DNA from: an uncultured virus (IMG/VR IMGVR_UViG_3300041405_000133)
Taxonomy: Duplodnaviria; Heunggongvirae; Uroviricota; Caudoviricetes
Strand: one strand, 5' to 3'
IMG/VR virus record: IMGVR_UViG_3300041405_000133
Coordinates: 1-64,000 of that record
DNA: 64,000 nt
The position numbers and the translations under genes were made by a program. The number at the start of each line of letters is the position of its first letter. Within the stretch, counting starts at the first letter, position 1. Positions 8,181 to 15,680 of the stretch are shown here, piece by piece. The notes beneath the pieces are model-generated. The model had not been told where the DNA came from. It made no database searches and was given only the letters and a program-made list of their open reading frames with translations.

Positions 8181-10133
8181 ATGGCAAGCGACTCTCGTGA
8201 AGCGGAACGGATCTGGGACCTCGTCTTTGACGAGACCATCCGTTACATCGAGGCGAAAGCTGATGGCGTCGATGTTCGGGATGATTTCATTCTGGATCTT
8301 CGTCGCAGTTATGCTGAAAACCTCGGCAAGCATCGTTATAACAACAGCAACATGGACAAGCTGGTCAAACTGACCTTTGCGAATCTTCGTAACATCGAAG
8401 ACGAACTGGGTCAGCGCGGCGATCGCGAGAAGGACATCATCCGTCTTGGCGTTGAAGCGATGGTGGATGGTCACTTCGCTGAATCCGTTTTCGCCGATCC
8501 AAAGCTTGTTCGTGAATTGCCGCGTGATGCTGAGCGCGGTATGGAAGATGCAATGCGTCTGGCTGCTAAGCTGGCCGGCGCTGGACGCCGTCGTGGTGGT
8601 CGTGACGATCGTGATGACGATCGCGATGATCGCCGTGGCGGTGGTGCTCGTTGGAATACCCGTGATGATCGTGATGATCGTGACCGTGACCGCGGTGGTC
8701 GTGATCGTGATCGACGTGATACTCGCCGTAGTGGTCCTCGTGACAGCCGTTCGGTTAACGATGGTGCTGATCACTGGGACGTTCTCTCTGACATCGGTGT
8801 TGCTACTGATGAACGAGATGATCGCGATGATCGTCGGGATGAACCACGTCGCGAAGAACCACGCCGTGAGCGTGAGCCCGAACGTCGTGAACCTGAATAC
8901 GAACATCCAGAAGAACCACTGCCGCATCTGGAAGCTCGCAACACTCACGTAGATGGTCCTGACCATACGCGTGCAAACCCGTACGAAGATTACTGGCTGA
9001 ATGATGAGCATTGGCGTGTCGCTCACTTGTCCGGCTGGAAACTTACTGGCGATGGTGAACAACTGATCACCGCCGTCCCAACCCTTTACGACGTCAACCA
9101 ATACATCAAGTATTACGTCATGGATAGCAGCGGCGAAGTCCGCGAGGAGTTAGTTGAAGTGGATAACGAAAACAAGCAATTGGCACACAGCCTGCGTGAA
9201 GATACCCAATCGATCGATGCTCCTAAAGCAGCACCTACCGGCGGTATCTCGCTGAAGGCGTTGAAAGAAGGCGTTACCGATATCAGCCTGGAGCTGGACA
9301 AGCCTGGTCTGAAGCTGGGTGACCTGATCAAGCAGATCCCTACTGACCAGTTGACCTTCTCCAACGCTCTCGCTGCCGACAGCATTATCAGTGCCGTATT
9401 CCAAGGGCGTGTTCGCCTGAACTCGGAAGATGCACCGGTGCGTGTTGACGTGCAATTCCTGCGTACCCCTATCGCAGTGCAAGACAATGCTCAACTGGAT
9501 CTGGTTGCCAAAGTCGGCGCTGCCAATACACTGACCCAGGCTGCTGAGCTGCTGGAAGAACTGAAGCCACAATTCGAGAAGCCGGTATTCGAGCTTCTGA
9601 ACAAACGCTTCACCGAAAACCTGCTGCGCTCCGCGAAATACCAGTTCCAATTCGACAAGGTTACCAAGCTGGACTTCAGCCGCCACTACGGCCGCTTCCT
9701 GGATGCGTACGGCACCAAGCGTGGCGCTGCCGAAGCAGCACAGTTCGCTCAGCGTGTCGGTCACGTAACCACCCTGTCCACCGCTTACGTCTCCGCTGAA
9801 GAAATCGCCGACATCGCCGGTGATCTGATCACCGACGTGAAGAATCCGAAGGCTCTGGTCTTCTTGGATGTTCTGGCAGTAGCGAGCTTCGCTGCAACCA
9901 TCGACGAACTGGGCATCGGCCTGGCTCTGACCATGGACGAAACCGGTCTGGCTGTTACTCAGTCTTCCAACCGTGAACTCTTCACCACCCTGCGTGGTCT
10001 GTACTCGGCCCTCGAGCAGCAAACCCCGCCGGGCCTGAAGCCTCGCCTCTTGCTGTCCACCTCTGACAACCGCCTGATTGAAGTACTGCCTTACGCTTGC
10101 CGCCTGGAATCTTTCATCCTGGCTGCTGTGTAA
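8181..10133 (+). CDS. hypothetical protein with a central Arg/Asp/Gly low-complexity region
   Basis: 650-aa ORF with strong codon bias and SD AGGA. Residues ~130-245 are RD/RGG/EPRRE repeats. Confidence 0.85.
   Translation: MASDSREAERIWDLVFDETIRYIEAKADGVDVRDDFILDLRRSYAENLGKHRYNNSNMDKLVKLTFANLRNIEDELGQRGDREKDIIRLGVEAMVDGHFAESVFADPKLVRELPRDAERGMEDAMRLAAKLAGAGRRRGGRDDRDDDRDDRRGGGARWNTRDDRDDRDRDRGGRDRDRRDTRRSGPRDSRSVNDGADHWDVLSDIGVATDERDDRDDRRDEPRREEPRREREPERREPEYEHPEEPLPHLEARNTHVDGPDHTRANPYEDYWLNDEHWRVAHLSGWKLTGDGEQLITAVPTLYDVNQYIKYYVMDSSGEVREELVEVDNENKQLAHSLREDTQSIDAPKAAPTGGISLKALKEGVTDISLELDKPGLKLGDLIKQIPTDQLTFSNALAADSIISAVFQGRVRLNSEDAPVRVDVQFLRTPIAVQDNAQLDLVAKVGAANTLTQAAELLEELKPQFEKPVFELLNKRFTENLLRSAKYQFQFDKVTKLDFSRHYGRFLDAYGTKRGAAEAAQFAQRVGHVTTLSTAYVSAEEIADIAGDLITDVKNPKALVFLDVLAVASFAATIDELGIGLALTMDETGLAVTQSSNRELFTTLRGLYSALEQQTPPGLKPRLLLSTSDNRLIEVLPYACRLESFILAAV
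8575..8900 (+). repeat. imperfect coding repeats (CGTGAT/GATCGT; RDD, RGG, EPRRE)
   Basis: Degenerate in-frame tandem codons, for example cgtgatgatcgtgatgatcgtgaccgtgaccgc. Confidence 0.8.
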
Positions 10134-10136
10134 GCT

Positions 10137-10281
10137 TTACCATCAGGTTCCTGCTACGCCAAGCACAGAGGTGGCCAGTAATGTGGCCGCACCCATCAAC
10201 TTAACCGTAATACTGTAGGACGAATCCGTGGGCCCGTAATGGGCCCTCGGTGCATTATCCGAGAGGTAGTGTTTTTTTTTG
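10137..10281 (+). other. structured intergenic element ending in a T9 tract (terminator/attenuator or small RNA candidate)
   Basis: Hairpins GTGGCCA-gtaatg-TGGCCGC (10171-10190), GGGCCC-gtaat-GGGCCC (10230-10246) and CTCGG-tgcattat-CCGAG (10246-10263), then T9 at 10272-10280. Confidence 0.5.
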
Positions 10282-10298
10282 CCTGAAAACAACAGGGG

Positions 10299-10943
10299 AT
10301 GACGATGACTTCTATCATCGAACGCTTGGCATTTGCTAATCCTGAAGAAGAAGCTTCTTTTGAAGCCTCCGGGATGGAATACGAAAACGAGATTTACATC
10401 TCGGGTTATGATCTTCAGCAGATCGTCACCACAGCGACGTATCACGAGGGTCAGGAGCAATGGGGGATCTTTGTACCCAAGTCTGATCAGAACGCCTCCA
10501 GCGGCTCTATACGCGTTCGTATGACCGAACACGAAGACAGCTCAGTGGTTTATGAACAAACCACCAAGACTGACGCTAAAGAGAAGGGTAAGCTTGAGAA
10601 TGAGCGTCCTTCTGATGAAGTAATGTTCGGCCAGTTTAAACTGATGGCTGATCAGGGTCTCATCAAGATGCGCTATGTCATCGAAGCTACCACCCGTGAT
10701 GGCGTTCCCTTCAAGTTTGAAGTGGACATCTTCCGTAACGGTAAGGGTGAGGTAGTTCCATGGGCGAAGATCGACGCTGAACTTCCGGATGGTTATGAAC
10801 TGACCCCTGAAGAGATCCCATTCACTCACGATGAACTCATCATCCTGACCCCTGCCATGAAAGTGGACCGTCAGGCTGAAGTGAACAAGAAGGTCGCTAA
10901 GTTGTACGAGACCTACTTCCGCAGTCCTAACGTACACGTATGA
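10299..10943 (+). CDS. CYTH / triphosphate-tunnel metalloenzyme domain protein
   Basis: N-terminal ExE (MEYENEIY), IRVR, TTK, ENE, KMRY, FEVDIF and IDAEL occur in CYTH order. Confidence 0.7.
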   Translation: MTMTSIIERLAFANPEEEASFEASGMEYENEIYISGYDLQQIVTTATYHEGQEQWGIFVPKSDQNASSGSIRVRMTEHEDSSVVYEQTTKTDAKEKGKLENERPSDEVMFGQFKLMADQGLIKMRYVIEATTRDGVPFKFEVDIFRNGKGEVVPWAKIDAELPDGYELTPEEIPFTHDELIILTPAMKVDRQAEVNKKVAKLYETYFRSPNVHV

Positions 10944-10951
10944 GGTGCTGC

Positions 10952-11101
10952 ATGTACGCTAACAAACTAGCGCTGGCTATTCATGCTGCGTTGTTTCCTA
11001 CTGAATACAGTGAACAGCAGCGGCGTGAGGACGAAGCGTGGGCTCGGCGGCTCTATCAGATCAAACATCCGAATGCGATGCCGATATACTTCGTTACTTG
11101 A
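10952..11101 (+). CDS. 49-aa hypothetical protein
   Basis: SD GAGGT, ATG at 10952, MYANKLALAIHAALFPTEYSEQQRREDEAWARRLYQIKHPNAMPIYFVT*, followed by a terminator. Confidence 0.65.
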   Translation: MYANKLALAIHAALFPTEYSEQQRREDEAWARRLYQIKHPNAMPIYFVT

Positions 11102-11114
11102 TGGCATAAGCCGA

Positions 11115-11163
11115 CATAAAGACCGTGGGTAAACCCACGGTCTTTATGCTCTTTCTTTTTTTT
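11115..11163. terminator. bidirectional terminator hairpin
   Basis: 15-bp stem CATAAAGACCGTGGG-taaa-CCCACGGTCTTTATG, then CTTTC-T7 on +. Between convergent operons. Confidence 0.9.
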
Positions 11164-11188
11164 GTGTAACCACCCTAGCAGTGAGTTA

Positions 11189-11629
11189 TCACATCGAACT
11201 AAGCACTTTGATCAGCTCGATGATTTCTGGGATGTTCAATCCATTCTTGGCAGCAACCAATGTGGTGACAAACAGAATACCGAGACCAACCAATTTTTGA
11301 AGCTCACTCGGCGACCATGGAGCTGTTGGCGCTTGAGCTGTCGCAGGGGTTTGGAGAGGGGTAGGAGTCGGATTCTGACCACCGGCAGCCACGCCGAGAC
11401 TCGAGGTCAGAATCATATCCTGCGTAGCCACGTCCAGGGTTGCGAGTGCATCCTGGATCTCCTTAGCTTCTGCGGTGCTTGGGTCCAACTGACGATCACT
11501 TGGAAGGAAGCCGTTGACCAATGTGATCAACGTAGGCTCCCAGGTGAAGCCCACCGCCGGGTTCTTTGCCATAAGCGAGATAGCATCTCTTACGTTCATG
11601 GGAACCACCAGATGTCGTGTGAAGTGCAT
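11189..11629 (-). CDS. hypothetical protein with C-terminal hydrophobic helix
   Basis: 146 aa with a Pro/Ala/Thr linker and LVGLGILFVTTLVAA. Last gene of the minus-strand structural operon. Confidence 0.7.
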   Translation of the reverse strand: MHFTRHLVVPMNVRDAISLMAKNPAVGFTWEPTLITLVNGFLPSDRQLDPSTAEAKEIQDALATLDVATQDMILTSSLGVAAGGQNPTPTPLQTPATAQAPTAPWSPSELQKLVGLGILFVTTLVAAKNGLNIPEIIELIKVLSSM

Positions 11630-11669
11630 GACGGCCTAAGGCCATCATTAATCTACATTAACTCCCTGT

Positions 11670-12263
11670 TTATGTAAATGCTTTAGCGGCGTCAAGCGCA
11701 AGGAATCTGCACACAGTGATGCCGTCAACAGAGTGTTCGTCAAGATCCTTGATTGAGATACCCTCCCCCTCAACGATGTTCACATCATCCATAATAAATT
11801 GACGAATTAATTCTTTATCGGTTTTATATTGCCCTTCCGGACACACCGCTTTCTTTGCCTTACCGGGAGAAACTTCGACGAATTGTAATGTCCGTCTATG
11901 TTTATAGCAAGTGTCGTCCAAATACTTCATGGCCGTTACAAGCGTCCGGTAGGTACTGATGTTTAGATGAGAAAACGGAGCCTCACATCCTACGATGTCT
12001 GGGTCGTACTCATCCAGTATTTCTGCAAGGCGGTCATTTACAACAAGCAACCGAGCGTCAAGGTTGCCTCTGTTCGATGCAACCCCCGCGTACTTGTTAT
12101 AAGCTGATTTATCAGCAGTAACAGTTTCAGCAAAGATTACAGTCGATATACCTGTACGAAGATCGTGGTCTACAATCGTAAACCCGACCGTATTGGTGCC
12201 GTTGTCGATACCGAGGATTCGATATATCCAATGGCCGCTGAATCCTGGCTTAAGTTCGAACAT
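11670..12263 (-). CDS. ruvC: RuvC-like Holliday junction resolvase
   Basis: ILGIDNGTNTVG (RuvC motif I), PDIVGCEAPF (motif II Glu), VSPGKAKKAV, DEHSVDGITV (motif III). Confidence 0.85.
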   Translation of the reverse strand: MFELKPGFSGHWIYRILGIDNGTNTVGFTIVDHDLRTGISTVIFAETVTADKSAYNKYAGVASNRGNLDARLLVVNDRLAEILDEYDPDIVGCEAPFSHLNISTYRTLVTAMKYLDDTCYKHRRTLQFVEVSPGKAKKAVCPEGQYKTDKELIRQFIMDDVNIVEGEGISIKDLDEHSVDGITVCRFLALDAAKAFT

Positions 12264-12298
12264 GACTGGTAGGCGCTACCGAAGTAGCGCCACTCCTT
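12264..12298 (-). promoter_or_regulatory. split ribosome-binding site (SD-hairpin-AUG)
   Basis: Minus strand reads AAGGAG-T-GGCGCTAC-ttcg-GTAGCGCC-TACCAGTC-ATG. Confidence 0.65.
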
Positions 12299-13183
12299 TT
12301 AAGCGCCGGTGCCGATCGTTTCAAGGGTAGGGATCGACTGAGTGCCGAGCATCGGGATTTGGTTACCGACGTCGAATTGCAGAGTCAATTCCTGTTCGTT
12401 GTAATACAACGCCTTGTGGTCAGCAGCGAACGCGTAGATTTGAGTACCGATCGCTTCGTTGAACTGGGTAGTACCCGAAGTGGTCTGTACGGTAACGGTG
12501 CGGTCAGCGGCTGTGCAGAGTGCGAACTCCGACATGATCGCATATTCCTCGTCACCACCATACAAGATCTTGGACACGTTGACGTACTCTTGCACGTCAG
12601 TGGTGGACAAGACGACAGGCAGCAAGGCAGATACTGCCAGCTTCACGTCAGTGGTGGTAGAGGCGCCGGTAGATGGCAGCTGGATCGGTTCTGGGTACAG
12701 GTTCGCGGTGTTAGGCACGAACACAACTTCAGTAACGATACCATCTTCGGTAGTGATCTTCTTCATCACTACAGTCACATCATCCGTGGAGACGTGAATA
12801 CGCAGACCGAAGTAAGCGTAGTAGTTGACGCCGTCAACCAGCATCTCTACACGCAGAGCGTACTTGTCGCGGATGGACTTTGGAAAGTCGTCATCCACAG
12901 GACGCATTGCCATCGGCATTGGGTTGTAGAGCGAGGCATTGTCGGCGTAGTGGTCCAAGATCGAAGTCTTGGCAATGCCGTTATTACCGATCGATGCGGT
13001 GTGACCTTTGTTACCGGCCATGAGAATGCAGAGCTTCACACGCTCAGTGGCGGTAGGACGTGCGTTCTCTTGAACTTCAAGACGCTCGTTCATGGTGGAC
13101 TTGGCATCAATCACCGGGTTTTGCCCGAGGAGTAACGAAACCAGAAGCTTAGCGCCGTAGACTGTGGCTTGTACCGTATTCAT
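12299..13183 (-). CDS. putative virion structural protein
   Basis: 294 aa in the structural operon. PMPMAMRPVDDD and YYAYFG resemble the ~290-aa conserved phiKZ-like virion protein found next to gp128. Confidence 0.7.
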   Translation of the reverse strand: MNTVQATVYGAKLLVSLLLGQNPVIDAKSTMNERLEVQENARPTATERVKLCILMAGNKGHTASIGNNGIAKTSILDHYADNASLYNPMPMAMRPVDDDFPKSIRDKYALRVEMLVDGVNYYAYFGLRIHVSTDDVTVVMKKITTEDGIVTEVVFVPNTANLYPEPIQLPSTGASTTTDVKLAVSALLPVVLSTTDVQEYVNVSKILYGGDEEYAIMSEFALCTAADRTVTVQTTSGTTQFNEAIGTQIYAFAADHKALYYNEQELTLQFDVGNQIPMLGTQSIPTLETIGTGA

Positions 13184-13192
13184 AGCTGTCCC

Positions 13193-14167
13193 TTAACGTG
13201 AGAAGAGTGGTGGTGTGGATGCGTGGTTAAACGGCAGGTTTCCGGGAACCTTGCTGTCCGAGTACCGGTACGCAATCTTGAGGACACCAGTGATGTTGTT
13301 ACACCATTTGCTCAGATCGAGACAGAACACGTAATTGTACGCTGGATCATTCACGGTGTGCGCAGTGCTCACGAAGCCGTTGTAGATGACTTCTGAGCCG
13401 TGGACGTTGAAAGGCAGTTCCTGATCAGGCACTGACACCCATTCGTCGCCAGTGAGACGACGGAGCAGCTGTGGTAGATTTACGAGGTCTGTCCACACGT
13501 AGCCAGTCGGAATCGTGTACAGATACGACTCAGTTGCCCGACGATCATCGTGGGACATGAAGGCATCCGACAACTTCAGCTCACCATCTTCCAGAATCAG
13601 ATCAACTGGAGGCAAGTCTTGGTTGCTGTCGCTATAGAACTGACGGATGTCCAACAGCGAATCGATAGTCGCACCGAGCAGCGTCAGAGACTGACGCGTG
13701 ATCACTTTGAAGCTACCTGTGAAGATCAAGTGATCGCCAGAGATAGTGATCAGGTAATCTGTGTTCTGAAGAGCTGGCAGCAGTCCCTCACCGATAGGTT
13801 CCTGAGAAACCAGTTCGATGGTGATTAACGCAGACTCCAGGAACAGACCGTACTGTTCGTGCAGTGCAGTGATGATCGCAGCATCTGTAAGTTCAGGAAC
13901 GTGAATCGCACAAGGCTCACCGTTCAAGATTTGATCGATGTCTACTCGGCGATACATCAGGCGCTGAACTTCTTCACTCCAACCGTTGGTCGAGGCGAAC
14001 TTGATATCGACCGACGTCAGTCCTTCCTCACCTTCATTAACTGGAAGACCGAACAGTAACTGCTCAGGTTTCAGCAACCGGTTGTTTGTAGCGTTGATGT
14101 AGTCGACCAGCAGCTCCTTAGAGGGCTTGCTGTATCGAGCTATCCTTGGTTTCTTGAGTGTGTACAT
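13193..14167 (-). CDS. putative virion/baseplate protein
   Basis: 324 aa. N-terminal half shares a YxR-phi-x-phi...GxF/V motif with the two upstream genes. Confidence 0.7.
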   Translation of the reverse strand: MYTLKKPRIARYSKPSKELLVDYINATNNRLLKPEQLLFGLPVNEGEEGLTSVDIKFASTNGWSEEVQRLMYRRVDIDQILNGEPCAIHVPELTDAAIITALHEQYGLFLESALITIELVSQEPIGEGLLPALQNTDYLITISGDHLIFTGSFKVITRQSLTLLGATIDSLLDIRQFYSDSNQDLPPVDLILEDGELKLSDAFMSHDDRRATESYLYTIPTGYVWTDLVNLPQLLRRLTGDEWVSVPDQELPFNVHGSEVIYNGFVSTAHTVNDPAYNYVFCLDLSKWCNNITGVLKIAYRYSDSKVPGNLPFNHASTPPLFSR

Positions 14168-14182
14168 TTATCACCTCAGGCC

Positions 14183-14692
14183 CTATAAAGCAGGTGGCCA
14201 CAATCCGTCAAGTATATTGTTCGAGAAAGCGTCGGAGAGGAGGATCGAAGTCCCAGGTTCTCCCAGCGTTACTGTCGTTTCACCAACCCATCTCAACGAA
14301 TTCGGTTTGGCCTTGAGGATGAAGCTGCTACCCGTCACGAGTGCGTTCTCAAAGTCCATGTCCGTAATCACCAAGCCTGAAGCCAACGCGATGTTGTTCA
14401 TCACGCCCTTTACCGTAATGGGCGGCGTTAGATCCAGACTCATACCACCGAAGACGTCCGCTACGTGCAATCTATTGTAGCGGTACGTCATCTGACCTGT
14501 ATGCTGTCTATAGATGTTTTCATCTCTAGACTCATGCGTGGTGATCACCACGTTGGTCACAGCACCTTCAACAATCATCGGAGGACCGATGGATGCGAAC
14601 TCTGCTCTCAAGTGGAGATTGAAATGGTTATTGGCCATGATCAGTAACGCCACGGCAGGATCGAACTTCAATAACCGTAGCGTGTCAGTCAT
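14183..14692 (-). CDS. putative virion/baseplate protein
   Basis: 169 aa. YRYNRLHVADVF...SLRWVGE, a paralogous domain. Confidence 0.7.
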   Translation of the reverse strand: MTDTLRLLKFDPAVALLIMANNHFNLHLRAEFASIGPPMIVEGAVTNVVITTHESRDENIYRQHTGQMTYRYNRLHVADVFGGMSLDLTPPITVKGVMNNIALASGLVITDMDFENALVTGSSFILKAKPNSLRWVGETTVTLGEPGTSILLSDAFSNNILDGLWPPAL

Positions 14693-14710
14693 GGGATTAT
14701 CCGTTAGGTC

Positions 14711-15670
14711 TTAAGATGTCCGAGTGTATTCAACCAAGATGGCGCCACAGTAAGCCAACGAGTTGTTAGCAAACGTCACTGGGAAGGAAGCCTTAGCCCC
14801 TACCGCAATAGTAGGCATCGCAGTTGGTTTAATATCAGTCGCTGCAATCACACATCCCATTTGCGCTGAAAGTAACGCAGCGAGTTGTGTCATGTTAGCG
14901 TAGCCTGGTCCACCGAACTTAACAGGGCGTCTGAAGGTCAATGGCCACGATCTGCGACCGTAGTAGACCGTTAGTGCCCCGATGTATGGAACGCCGTTGA
15001 ACGTCAACAGGAGCGCGGTGTTGTCACCGGCATCCTGAGGTCCATTCTCAGATACCTGAGAGATGGTAAACATGTTCGATTGGATCGGCTCTGCCAACGA
15101 GGCAGCATTCATCAAGTTCAGGTGCGTAGCAATCTGATTCTTGATATTAAGGCTAATGAACGCATCGGTGTGAGACAACGTCAGCGTATTAACCAGAATG
15201 CGGCCAGCGATCTCAAGACCCAGACGGGCAATCACGCAATCAATTTCACCTACCCATCGATACGAGTCGGCGGCTGAGATTACTGCGACTGTACCTAACT
15301 GATCGTAGCTGTCTTCAACGAAGTCAGTTTCACCGATTGGAATCCTGTACGGCCAGAAGAGATTACCCATCAAGTCTTTTGGAGTCGATGGTATCTCAGC
15401 CGCTACAGATAGATTCACCCCAGACAAGAAAGCTGGCAGGCTAAGCCGTTGGTATTCGAATGTGAACGTACCCACTCGATCCCACAGACTAACCGGAGCC
15501 TTACTCTTGTCGATCGACACCTTAACGCTGGTATTGACACCGCCAAGCGATACAGGTGCTTCTATCTTCAGATGTGTGGCTTTGAGGGGAGCTTTTAACT
15601 TCTCCCCAATTTGAGCCCTCAACGCATCGAGTGGATGCATCTTCAAGAGTGTTTCTGGTGCAATGCTCAT
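14711..15670 (-). CDS. putative virion/baseplate protein (two repeats of the shared domain)
   Basis: 319 aa. FEYQRLSL...SYRWVGE and YYGRRSW...SLAYCGA. Confidence 0.7.
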   Translation of the reverse strand: MSIAPETLLKMHPLDALRAQIGEKLKAPLKATHLKIEAPVSLGGVNTSVKVSIDKSKAPVSLWDRVGTFTFEYQRLSLPAFLSGVNLSVAAEIPSTPKDLMGNLFWPYRIPIGETDFVEDSYDQLGTVAVISAADSYRWVGEIDCVIARLGLEIAGRILVNTLTLSHTDAFISLNIKNQIATHLNLMNAASLAEPIQSNMFTISQVSENGPQDAGDNTALLLTFNGVPYIGALTVYYGRRSWPLTFRRPVKFGGPGYANMTQLAALLSAQMGCVIAATDIKPTAMPTIAVGAKASFPVTFANNSLAYCGAILVEYTRTS

Positions 15671-15680
15671 GAGTGCATCC

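Noticed and set aside
8575..8900. Repetitive DNA that could be mistaken for a CRISPR array or satellite
   Set aside because: The repeats are degenerate in-frame codons of an RD-rich protein, with no constant repeat-spacer periodicity.
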